From: Ramazzottius varieornatus
Taxonomy: Eukaryota > Animalia > Tardigrada
Direction of reading: 5' to 3'
Assembly (NCBI GenBank): GCA_001949185.1
Contig: BDGG01000017.1
Span: forward strand, 186,001 to 250,000
Length of the DNA: 64,000 bases
Under the pieces are notes generated by a model, which was not told where the DNA came from, did no database searches, and saw only the letters and a program-made list of their open reading frames with translations. Positions 19,775 through 31,647 of this stretch are shown here, piece after piece. Each line of letters begins with the position of its first letter. Position 1 is the first letter of the stretch. Both the position numbers and the translations under genes were made by a program.

Positions 19775-20967
19775 GTGGTACTTTCAACTTGGTCTTTTTA
19801 CGCTTGGAGTCCATGCCGGATCTAGAATCGTCTTCTGAATTTGTAGGGGAATCCAGAACAAATGGAACGAATTTCTTCCGTACTGGCATATCGTGAAGTT
19901 CGGCTACCGACACTTGGTGGATTGATGTAGCTGGTTCAGTACTAGGCAGTTCATCGTTGACATTTTCGGTAGCAGGCGGACTGTTCAAATCAGCCACTTC
20001 GTCTTCTGCGTCCATCTCTCTGTCCAACAGAAACAGTTCTGCATCGTCTGTAGCGTCAGTGTTGTCCGCTGCATAGGGAGTAACCATCTTTGGAGTGTCA
20101 CGGAAACAGGATGCAGACGGCTCCAGAAGGGACACTCAATCCGGTCCCACTAGATCGGTGCCTTAAATTTTCTGATTCTTCTTCCGCTTTTCTCAATTAC
20201 TATTTTCAAACATCGAAGCATTGAAATTTTTGAGGGATTTGCAGGGAACGCGAGTGCCGACCTCGGAAGAACAATCGTTTTGACGGCAGCATCCATCTCT
20301 TCGAAGTACGCGTACTGCAGACAGTGTATGCCTTCGCCATTTGTCTGCGACCTACATGTCCTCAGTCGGCATGAAATCAGGAGAGCGAGGAGGTACGGCA
20401 ACACATCAGCGTTTTCCTTCACCACGTAGTTTTGCGAAACCTTGGCAGTGTGAAGAAAACACCATCGTACATGATTTTCTTACCAAAGTTTCTTGAAAGA
20501 ACTCCGCGGTAGCATTATGAACCCTTCTTAAACTGCTCTGTCCATCCAAACAGAGCTGAATGCTCTTGGCCGTGCGCTCCGAACTCAGTTCTTGTTCCAC
20601 GGCAGTACGTTTTCGGTACGCCATGGTCCTTGACGTTCGTCTGATATCAATTCTGGAAGGCAGTCGCTGCGGTTGGTCTGGCGCCTTTGGGGATCCGGCG
20701 AAGCGTTCCTAATGACTGGAAACATCGGCCGAGCGTTTTTTCGTGTCTGTCCGGGGATACTTCGGCCGGCAGTTGCGTGGCTTTTTCTGCGGAAAGCTTG
20801 ATGGCACGGTCTTTGCCGGACTGGCTGTCTCTGTCCTTGTTCAGACCCTCTTGAGTATTTGTTCTCTTCTCGCATAAACTTACTGTCAAACGTCGCTTGG
20901 TCAACAATATTGCTGAAATAAAAACCGACCACGGCAGAAACAGTGGCTCGCAGTGGTGAGAGTCCAC
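19707..20967 (-). pseudogene. Probable decayed second (Myb/SANT-like) gene of the Harbinger element
   Basis: Broken ORFs convergent with the transposase, containing NGEG...YAYFEEMDA and an acidic/basic tail; two-gene layout is typical of PIF/Harbinger; domain not clearly readable. Confidence 0.4.
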
Positions 20968-21287
20968 TTACGGGGATACCTGCAGGACACTAAGACTTCG
21001 GTCAGCCTTCTACCCAGAAGTTCCGCAGTTCGACAACCAGTCGAAAACAGCGTCGGATAGCCCGTGCCTTGAAACTTATGGAACGCCCTATGTAACTTGC
21101 ACTTACTACAGTAAAACCTCTGCCTGACAAAACAAAATATTACTATAGAAGACTGCTTTGCGTTTGGTATTAAAGTACATTCTCATAACGGACATCTCAC
21201 CGGCAGATCTTGGCAAACACAACCATTGTCACGGGTCATCGCCAGTGGGATTCCATTAGTCTTTCCGGGTCTGCATAAGAATAATTA

Positions 21288-21445
21288 CTGTAGTGGTACC
21301 AAATTATCGCGCACTCAACCCCGTGATGATTCATCGTTGCCCCGTACGATCAGATGAATCATTGTGGACTCATTGTCAGCACTCCCACCAGGGTGCCATT
21401 TACTGTTCACGTGCTAGAGTGCGCGATAATTTCGTTACACTACAG
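21288..21445. mobile_element. MITE, TA TSD
   Basis: TIR ctgtagtggtaccaaattatcgcgcactc / gagtgcgcgataatttcgttacactacag, TA on both sides. Confidence 0.8.
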
Positions 21446-21533
21446 TATTTTCTAGTTTTGGTGGGTGACAATAGCGTTGGTGGGGTTTAGCGGGTGACCA
21501 TAGCCATTTGCTTAATGAAATATTACTATGATT

Positions 21534-22433
21534 TAAGGATACGCATTCCGCCTGACCTTCTCCCTGGAACGGAATTCGGAGCGGAATTCCGGAATCCGTT
21601 CCGTTCCTGTTTTTCGTTTTCCATTACGGCCAGATCAAAGATCCGAATTCCAAAACTGCAGTGTAGAAAGCGAAACCCAGTCGGAAGCTTGGCTGACAAG
21701 CTCTTCAGGATGGTTTCCCAAGTGGCGCATGCTTTCAGCCAGTTACATTTGGAATCTGCGCCACTTGGAAAAACCTAATCGTCGAGTTTGTTTGCCGAGC
21801 TCCCAAACAGTGCGTGGAACTGCGCCAATCGTCGCGAAAACTGGTAAATCCAGTGCGGAAAACCAGTGACGAACTAGTAAATATGGCCTCCACTTTGACA
21901 TGGCTTGCCAAAACGCTCAAAGCGTAAAATACTGTTCGCTGAGTCATCCCAAACTTTACCATATAGGTTAGTGCTGCGTACGCGGCGCAGACTGTGACGC
22001 AGAGCAACTCGGTTCAGAACATTTGGTGCAGCTTTTTACTGGCGTTGTCCGTCTGGTCTATATCAGACTATATGTAATAAAGTCGATCATTGGTCTGCTG
22101 TTGTTCTCGCTGCTTGATTGAACCAAACGCTTGTTGTGATTTTCGCTTTAAATGAATGACGTTACATCACGTACTGTGTGATGTATGCCTATGACGTATG
22201 AGAGCAAGTCGCCCTGCCTGCTTGTCGGCGGTGCGCAACCAATCAACCGCTTGTACCCGTGTTTCACGCCCCAGCAAGACCTTTCGACGAGCGGAATCCC
22301 GGTCCGAGGCTTGTAGGCTTGAACTCCGATTCGGAATTCCAGTAATCCAAATCGGGATCAGCCGGAAAGGAACGGAATTCCTGTTTTCGAGGCGGAATTA
22401 GGAACGGAGCGGAAAACGGAATGCGTATCCTTA
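21534..22433. mobile_element. Non-autonomous DNA transposon with GGAAT/TTCCG-rich subtermini; carries a family A dyad at 21690-21804
   Basis: Perfect 17-bp inverted ends taaggatacgcattccg / cggaatgcgtatcctta; the outer TA may be the TSD. Confidence 0.8.
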
Positions 22434-22844
22434 CTATTATATAAACATCACTAATGGCAACTAAAAATGACACGTCCGCTTGCTGTATACAGCGACGCAC
22501 TGAGGAGCCCAGAAAACTGCAGCTCTGGCACATGGGGCCAAGGTCAACAGCAGTGCGTATTTGGCCCGGGGCCAGTGTGTCCAGCCAAGTGGGCCAGATT
22601 TTTTCTCCGATTCCCATGAGGAAAAAGCTGGCCCACGGGGATGCCAACTGGCCTGGCCACACCGGCCAACTGCTCAACGCTTCCCCGAATGACGTCACGA
22701 TGTTACTGTGCGTGTTGAATTGTGCTAGTGCGCTTCCGCTCGCAATCCCTATATCAACTTCTTTCTCGGGAGTCGAGACAAATTCCCGTAACCGGAAAGA
22801 TCCGAAAGAATTGTTGGTCAATTGGTAAGATGAGGGCTCTGAAT

Positions 22845-24490
22845 CAGTGTTGTTCCGATTATTGTAATTCGTAATTGAAAATGGCCTAATTTGACGGTTT
22901 TGGAATTCCGATATAACAATTCAAATTACAAAATTCTGGGTTGCTCATTTCGATATTAATCGGAATTGAATCGGAATTCCAAGAGCGAAAAGATGTTAAT
23001 GTACAATTGAAATCCAAGATGTTGGTAATTCGAATAATAACTAACACCAAAGAAGCACGCAAAATGCACGTGGATTTATCAGTTTCTCGCCTTGCGAAGC
23101 ACGTCAGTGCTTGGTTGACTGACTAACTGTGCGCTGGTGCACGTAACACAGCAAGATCACAGTGCGTACAACGTGCAAAGCAATGCTACAGTTCGTCCTT
23201 GTATGACGTACACTCACGTTCAATGGTCTTGGCCACCCCAAGGTCCCCCTTCGGCTCCTCGTACCTTTTGATCCCGTTGCTCGATTCCGATGATTCAAGC
23301 ACTATCATGTGGAGCACTCTTTGTGCGTTTTGATCACGTGACCATGATATCGCCGCTTTAATCGATCAAGCGGCGAGTATAGGTGGTTTGAACAAGGAAA
23401 TGAGACCTGTTTTTGGGGGCTTATTTCTCGTCACGTGACACACGAAGACGAAAATCTGAACAGCCAGAATGTAGAATAGTCATCCCTCTATCGATCGCAA
23501 TAAAAGAGACCTCTGGGAAACTTTCCGCACCAACTTGACAGCATAGTAGCCAACTTGACAGCATATTTTATGGATAAAATGTTTTCATTTCGAATAACTT
23601 TCTTTATTTCCGTCCGATTCCTGTAATTCCGGCATATTTAAACAGCTCGACGACGGTGCTTCCCAATGAGCATAGTTATGTACACCAAAGTTGGCATATA
23701 AGCAAGTCAAAATGACTTAGTTTCATTGGAAAACTGGGCTACAGAACCCATACAGAAAATTTTTGTGCGGAAAGTTTCCCAGAGGTCTCTTTTATTGCGA
23801 TCGATAGAGGGATGACTATTCTACATTCTGGCTGTTCAGATTTTCGTCTTCGTGTGTCACGTGACGAGAAATAAGCCCCCAAAAACAGGTCTCATTTCCT
23901 TGTTCAAACCACCCATACTCGCCGCTTGATCGATTAAAGCGGCGATATCATGGTCACGTGATCAAAACGCACAAAGAGTGCTCCACATGATAGTGCTTGA
24001 ATCATCGGAATCGAGCAACGGGATCAAAAGATACAAGGAGCCGAAGGAGGACCATGACCATTGAGCGTGACTGTATACGTGACCACCACCCGGCAGGCCT
24101 TGCTAGGATTCTGTTTCCCCAGTGGGGTCCAAATTTAAACTTATGTGACTCACCGTGGCTCCTTCATGGAGCATAACAGTCCGTATTGACGACAGGGATC
24201 CGTACTGGATACCTTTGGAACGACGTATTTTCCGCGAAATACCACAGGGTCAATCTAAACGCTTACCCATCCGACGGGTGGTACCGAACAGAAATGCCAA
24301 TTTTATGGAAACTCAAAACGCCCTCCCAATAATTCGAATAACTTCAGTTGTCGAAACTTGATTTTGAATTAATCGTAATTGATGATCCAGCCAAGACGAG
24401 GTACCTGCAATTCAAATTGCTGCTATGCGAGTGATTCCGATTAATCGTAATTGCAATTGAAACTGAAAAAGTCATATTGGAACAACACCG
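22845..24490. mobile_element. Non-autonomous hAT-type element
   Basis: TIR cagtgttgttcc / ggaacaacaccg with exact 8-bp TSD ctctgaat (22837-22844 and 24491-24498); aattcg/gtaatt-rich subtermini. Confidence 0.9.
23211..24073. mobile_element. Foldback element with ~310-bp inverted arms, nested in the hAT element
   Basis: 23211-23530 is the reverse complement of 23765-24073 (inner ~260 bp nearly identical); TA flanks; ~235-bp spacer. Confidence 0.9.
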
Positions 24491-25499
24491 CTCTGAATGT
24501 TTTCCTCGGAAAATTGGGCGGGGATAAGGGTCATAATATTTGAGGGATTGCGGAAACCTGTCAGGGACGAGGCCTCAGGATCAGGATCAGGAAATCCATT
24601 CCAAAAACGACAACATTGGCAAGTGATTCATTGATGCTGTGCCAATGTATTGGTTTTGTTCGAGTGAACTTCCTGATCCTGATCGGTCGTCCCTGTCGAA
24701 TTTCTGCAAAACAGCCTATCAGGGTTGCTAGCAGGGTTGGACTTACGCCTACAAACAGACTTCCCTGATAGCTTCAAATCAGGGTGCAGTCTTAGCAGGT
24801 GCGCTCGTCGGAACAATCTTCTTCCAGCCTCTCGGGACAAGTGTTCTCCGCCGTGCTCAGTTGAGACGACACCCAGCAAGCAGCTGGAGCAAGGAGATGA
24901 CGCTGCGTTTGGAGACGGCCAAGTAATTGGTCGCTTCCACTTGCCAAAGCTGTTAGTACTGTATTTTTATGTTTCGTTATCCTCTGACGATCGAGGAAGC
25001 CGTCGACTAGATTGTCGAGGCTCAGTAAATCTATCTAATCTTGGACAGAAGTTGCGAAAACACGCAAGACGCCATTCGGCGGGGCTGGAAAAACGCGAAA
25101 GCCCCTCGCACCGGGTGCCGTTTCAGGTTATCAGCAAACAAGCCGAAATCCCTGATACCTTTCGGTGTACAGGTCGAAACACTCCGGATAGATATTTTTC
25201 TATTTAAATTCGTGCGCGGCGCATCATGCACATGCAGTGCAGATGCGCTAGAACAGATTTGCTATTGTTCTTCTTTCCCTTCGTTTGCGATTGTTCTTTC
25301 CCTTCGTTTGCGATTGTTCTGAGCTTCACACGCCTGCGAAGGCAAGGTCCCCGTAGCTGACAGGGTTATAGTTAATCCGACACCATGAATTTTTGCCGAC
25401 ATCCTCCTGTACCTCTATCAAATATCCTTCCTTCTTCTGCGTGTTCCTTCTTCCCGATTCCGAACGGCTCTTCGATTTACCGTCACCCAGAAAGATAGG

Positions 25500-27580
25500 A
25501 CAGCGATAATCCATGAGAACTGCTATCATATACGATGGCGTCATGATAAGAATCCAACCGATCACGACGAAAGCGCTACCTTCAGCTGTGGATGAGCGAG
25601 CATCCGCTTTGTCCAGGCAGAATCCATGTCAACCTACGCGCAAAAGAAATTCTTCATGCCGTGCCTCACAACCATCTTGGTGACCAGAACAAGTGTGACC
25701 GGCATGTATTCCGTCGGACACTGAAGACAGAAGTTCTCGCTAATCCATCCATTTCGATACCTCGGGTGTTCCAGAAACAACTACGCAAAGCGCACACCGA
25801 AGGGTAAGCCGGCATTTTCCCTGGACTTGTGTCAACACACCGTAACCTGCGGAAGAACAGGAAGAACACTACTGTCTTCGTTGAAGCGAAGACTATCCAG
25901 CAGGTGGATGTCACCGGTGAACACGGACGAACAAGGAGAAACCAGAACTTTGTCCTCTGTGACTTTCGTCAGGAACAGCCACCGAGGAACATGATTGTAT
26001 TCGCCTCGCCTACTCAAATAGATGCCCTGAAGGTACTTTTTTTCTCATAAAGTTACTGTCCTGTGTAATTTTAGGAGTCCATTTTCGCTAATCAAAATGG
26101 ACTCCCAAAATTTTGTTACAAGTTTCGCCCGCGAGTACCACCGGCGACTGCGGCTGGCGAGTGCTACTGGCGAGCGCTACTGGCGAGTGCACTAATAGAA
26201 TGGCTTAAAACCGGACTTCCTGCCTGTTGGGCCACAGTGACTACCATCAATTTGTATGACGGTTTACGATGTGAGGATGGCTACCCCCAAAGTGGTCAGC
26301 CGGTCGGTTTTTTGGCTCGAACCGTCACACAAATGCGTGACTGATGAATTGCCCAAAGCGTAAAAGAAAGAAACGCGCGTGTCTGTGTCTTTTCGCCGTG
26401 GCACTTGCCGGTGAAACTCGCCACTAGCATTGCGGTCAGAAACGTGCGAACAGAGTAAATCAAACATTGGAAACCGAAGGCGAAGTTTGAGGCGGTGCTC
26501 GAACAGAAGCCTCGACAAACCTTTCGAACAGCACAGCGGATCAGCTGACAGCATTGAAAACAGTAATCAACACTGCTGACTGGGTACCGCTCGAACTCCG
26601 CCTTCGGTCTTGATTGTGCGATTTACTCTTTTCTTTCGTTTCCGGCCCAGTGGTAGTACTCGCCAGTAGCACTCGTCAGTAGCACTCGCAAGTAGTAATC
26701 GACAGTCGCACTCGCCAGTAACATCAGTTCATGCCGTAATCTACCGTAATTTCACTCTAAAGTTGCTTTCTTTGCAGATGGATGGAACCTTCCACTCTGC
26801 TCTGCAGATGTGTAGTCAGCTGTACGCGCTGCACGGAACCGTCGATGGTAAAAGCATGCCACTAGTGTATGCGCTGATGACGGATAAGTCGCAGGATTCC
26901 TGCGGACTGATCTTTCGCAAACTGCGGGAGAGGATTCTACATCTGGTTTCATTATTTGGCCCACAAATTCAGTGGACATACGTTATGTCTGATCTCGAGC
27001 GTGCTTCGATGGCGGCATTCCGAGATACCTTCCCTCATGTCCGGGTGGTGAGATGTTACTTCCATCACTGTCAAGCCATCCATCGCTACATGTGTACAAG
27101 GTTGCACCAGAAAGCCGACTACGACGAGAAGGGAGCGTTCCACGCAGCGGCCCGTCGTATCATGTGTCTGGCCTTGCTACCGGAAGCCCAGATAGTCGAC
27201 GCGTTTGAAGAGCTTGAAGACGCAATGCCGCCAGCAGTTAGTGACCAGTGTCAGCGTCTTCTTGAGTACTATGCCCATACCTGGCTAGACGAATTCCAGA
27301 TGGAAACAATCTGTGTAAGTGAGCTTCCGGATCGCACGAACAACAAAATTGAGGGCTGGCATAACCGCATCAACTCGTTCCTTGACAGAAAGAAGCGAGG
27401 CTGTCATCGAACCATCAGGGACCTCCTGAAGAAAGAGCCGCATACGTTCGAGGCTATGGTTGAACAACACGACGCAGTGTCAGGATCCGTCCTCCACGAC
27501 GGAGAGAGTATGTAGATGTTGACAATCGCTTAGCGGACTTGACAACAGAGCTCAACGATGGGGCGAGATCTAGGTTAGAG
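25500..27580 (+). mobile_element. Mutator-like (MULE) transposase, degenerate, with an intron
   Basis: C...HNH FLYWCH-like N-terminus; MDGTFH, PLVYALM, SDLE.A, C.FH..QAI, RTNNKIEGWHNR; in-frame stop at ~25805; intron ~26032-26778. Confidence 0.88.
26125..26722. repeat. Element with inverted arrays of a 13-bp unit (gagtgctactggc), inside the MULE intron
   Basis: ctggcgagtgctactggcgag... at 26148-26192 versus ctcgccagtagcactcg... at 26657-26720; the same unit recurs at 29362-29426. Confidence 0.65.
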
Positions 27581-28219
27581 TTCCTTCCGGCCACATCGCA
27601 TCTAATTCCGCACTTTGGGAACCATGGGGATGCTGAGCAAGGATAGTGACCACAGCATTCGACGTCTGGCGGAGACGGTGACGTCTTCGCCAGACAGAAG
27701 CCAATTGGTTTTCAGGGGGCGTTACGGTACGAGAGAGAAGCCCAACGTATGTCGTCACGAGTTGAAGTCACCAGTTCGGACCCGGAAGATATCGTGGGGA
27801 AATTCGATGCTTCTGGTCCATAGTTATAAGGGGATGGCGAAGACCCTTCGCCTCCCAGGCCTTTTGAATATGTGGAAACTGATTAATAGTTTGGTGTTTT
27901 GTAATCATCATCTCTGGACGTGCAGGAGTCAATAAAGATGTCCCATTTTGCGGTCTGGACTTTTCACTGATGGTTAATAACTTAATTTTCAGTTCGAATT
28001 TATACTTGTCTACCATCCATAGAATTCACCAAGGTGCAGTCAACACAATGTTTCAAGTATACACAGGAGTGAACTTTATACTATGACATTGTATCAGAAG
28101 AATCGCCCGGCTCGGTCAGAAAAAGGTGGCCCAGATAACGATAGAATCCAAAAAAGACAGAAAATAGAGGAATAATTAGACGAAACTATTCTCGATCACC
28201 AGTAGCAGCTACTGTATGT

Positions 28220-28622
28220 TTCATGCCACACACCATTTCTTCCTTGTTGATCAAATAATTAGTTTGATTAATCATCTTCATGAGTTTCGAGACATTGCCG
28301 GCCCACTTTTACAGAGTAGCACTGACGTTCTTCTGCGGCCGGAAAACGATCGTACCTTGTCTGTCATGTCAACTCGTGCAAAGATGGTCTTCTTCGTCAC
28401 CTGTAAAGTTCATTCGTGAGCATTTATTGTCTGATGAGATATTCCTGATCTAATGCAAGCGCATAGTTAGACTCACCAGTTTGCCGATATATTCTTCAGC
28501 TTCAAAGGAATTGAGACTCAAAAGGTGAGAGAGACAATTCACGCAGATCTTAGCGTAGCGCAAAGCCATGATGCGGATATTGTAAAGCAAGACATGCCTC
28601 GAGGAGTTGTCCGTCTCGTCTC
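28220..28622 (-). pseudogene. PSMD12: Rpn5/PSMD12 C-terminal PCI fragment (two exons, disabled)
   Basis: Exon 28622-28477 ...YNIRIMALRYAKI...LSHLLSLNSFEAEEYIGKL| and exon from 28400 VTKKTIFARVD[+5 nt]RQGTIVF...L*KWAGNVSKLMKMINQTNYLINKE align with HNIRIMAKYY...LSNLVVNKTIFAKVDR...W...L.SLM.LVNKTTHLIAKE. Confidence 0.8.
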
Positions 28623-28726
28623 CTGCAGCCAGAAAGGTGGATCAGACGCACCGTACCATCAAAGCAGGAAGCAAAAAAAGCTAAGAAAGACTGGAAAAGG
28701 AGAAAACCATAGTAAAATGATGAAGT

Positions 28727-29935
28727 ACCTGTTGATTTCCATCTTGCGGAACTCTCCCTTGGCAGCTTCCACGTCAAAGTCAGCTTTGCGGGCTTCCTCA
28801 ATGTCAAATCGACTTCGATTCTGCATAGCATTGTTGAAACCTACGAAAAACGGAAAGCACGGACTGAACATGAACATGCAGTAGAAAGAGGCGAGTGAAT
28901 TTTTCACCTGTAAATCATTTCGAAGGAGGCAGTGCAAACTGAGGCGGAAGTTTACCTCATCGATATCCTTGTCCGCCGGTGTAACCACCACGGTTATAAC
29001 CTCGATTCCAATTCCTTCCTCGGGACGGTTGGTTACTCGATGTTTGTGGTCCATCTTGTCGAACCCGTCGATACAGATGAAAATTTCTTTCTCTTTATCA
29101 ATGATATGCGACAAAGGAAGATCAAACAGCCTTTTGAACTCTGTTTTTCGTAATACGTAACAATAACATAAGGCTTTAACCGAGAACTTTCAGTCTGCCT
29201 TTTACGAGTTTCACTAAGAAAAACGTCTTTGTTTCTCGTCTGGGAATTTGCTTTCCCTCTCATATATTGCCCGACGATATTCGTGATGTTCTGTCCGTAC
29301 TGCACGAGATCTTTTTCCTCGAAGTACCTGCAACCGAACACGGAGATGAGAACGCTGTGCTTCTGGCGAGTGCTACCGACGAGTGCTTTTGACGTGTGCT
29401 GCTGACGAGTGCTACTTGCGAGTGCCGTATTAAGCTCCAGAACTTACTTCCGCACTAGCAACTTGATGCCTTGCGTCTTCAAAACCCCACTGACTCGGTA
29501 CTCGAACACATCGTAGATCCTGCAAGACTTGGACACGTCAGAAGCGAATGCTGCGTCCGTGCAAAAGTCTAGAACAACAAACCATTTCTGCAAATTGTTT
29601 TGCTCCCGCGACCGTGTAGCAACGGGGACCGTTCCTTTTTTGAAGTTCACGGGGTCGTCGGGATCGAGGTCCCAACCGAGATGCTCCTTGTCAAACTACT
29701 CGTCCTCTTCGCCTTCTTACTTCTCATCATGTCCACCTTGGGACTCCTGAAATTATCTGAATTTACTTCAGCAACCGTTCTTTCGCCATCGCTCATTCCG
29801 TTTGCAAATGAAATCAGTAATTCAGCATCAGTCGGCATAACTAAACTTACAGCTTCTTCTCCTGAAGTGGCTTCATCGCCATCTTCGTAGTGCGGGTCGT
29901 GGTCGGAGTCGTCGGGAACATCTGGATTCCATTCT
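28727..29935 (-). pseudogene. Unidentified multi-exon decayed gene upstream of the Rpn5 fragment
   Basis: Several GT-AG-bounded coding-like exons (e.g. QFKRLFDLPLSHIIDKEKEIFICIDGFDKMD, KWFVVLDFCTDAAF); acidic exon contains TAA and TAG stops. Confidence 0.45.
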
Positions 29936-31647
29936 GCAAAATGCCAGATAGAGATTATGTTTGAGAAAACTTCTCAGAAACAGGTTTTGTGATAACTGTT
30001 TTTTTGTGCCAACTTGCTACCATCTCGAACTTCGACGCCAAAAAGTTCAGGTTGCAGTTTTCCCGCTCCGTCCTCCACAGTGCTCGTACAACTTTTTATG
30101 CTCTATCGAGTGAGCCATGACTCGATATGCTACAGCAAGAAACAGCTCCGAACATTCGACTGATATGACTTCCGGTAGGGAAGACATGTCGCCGCGACTG
30201 GAATGCAGTCTTCAGAATTCCGTACGTGAGTTTCGATCACCAGTCTGTTGATGTAAGGCTCACAAGCACCCGAGGTGTCACTACAAAACAAAAACGAACA
30301 TGGGAATATCGAACCATCTCGGCAAATGAATTAAAACTAGTGACTTGGGCCATTTTTTCCGAGAAACACGTTTTGCCGCGAAATTTCCAGCTCAATTTCA
30401 GGACGGCAGATTCGCGTTTCCGACCACTCTGTCTATATCATGCACTCGGCTCTGATTATTTTGAAAAGAAACTGCAGCTCAGTGAGACACTGAAGAGATA
30501 TTTCGGCCTCGCACGTTTTCTAGTTTTATGTCAATTTCAACTTCCTGTAGACAAATTTCCGGCCAGTAACTTTTCATGAGATGGCAAATAGGATGTTGAA
30601 CCAAAGAAAACTAGTTTCGACTTTGAAAAATAATCGAGTCGAAACCAACTCAGTATAATGGGCGGTAGCAAGTTGGCTGTATTAGGCTGTAACTTGAATG
30701 TTACCTGGGATATTTTGTTCTTGATGAATTTGGTGTTGGCTTCTGTTAGCAGCTACCAGTTTATGCCGGAGAGAGGTTCTTTGAGCATAGCTGCCAACTC
30801 TTCCAGCTCTTGCCGCACGCCAGTCATACCATATAGAAGAAAGGTTCAGGAAAACACAGTTTGAGGGACAAAATACAGCTCACTTCAAGGAAGTAGAAAA
30901 GAGGAATGATACTATGTCACGTCTTACTTTCGTATTGCACTTCGAGCTCGGCGTTCGCGGTTTGCAAAGCCTCAAAATTCTCCGTCCTCAGCCGCAGGTT
31001 ATGATGATGAAGAGGAAAAGTCGGTCTCCCTAAAGCTCGTGAGTAATTCTCTTTGGGCGAGACCACATCTTCCAAAGCTTCTTCCCGCTCAGCACGTAGT
31101 ACAAGAAGCTGATCGCGACGTACCCGAAAAACGTATTTCTGCCGATAGATTCCAGCGCAAACCTCCGCCTACAGAACAACAAACAGATCGACACATGAAA
31201 TTTTCAATCCCACGAGAGATCGTTCTTCGCAATAGAGAAAGGATGAACCGAATAAACAGAAATGTTGAGTTCCGAGGGGAAAAACCCCCTTTGTTCGTCG
31301 GAATAACAGGCTTACCCCCGGGATGACCAGGCACGGTCCAAGGGTTCAGATACTGTCTCAAAAAATTTCGAAATTTAAACTCGGCGCTCGCAATAGCGTG
31401 CGGATTATGCGCGTGCGCTACGTCATTCGGAGGCTTCTGCTTAGATGATTCGGTTCAACTAATCAGGGCACCGTACCTGTTTGTTTGTAAACCGAAATCC
31501 TGATGATTTCGCCCCTGATCGCCCGGGGAGTGTCCGCAATCAGTCTAATCTCTTAATTACCGGTTTATCAAGAAGGTGAACAACTGGCCTCTGTTTCTAG
31601 GTCGATCTGGCGGGCGGTGGAAGGAGTAGGAGTCATCTGCCAATAAG

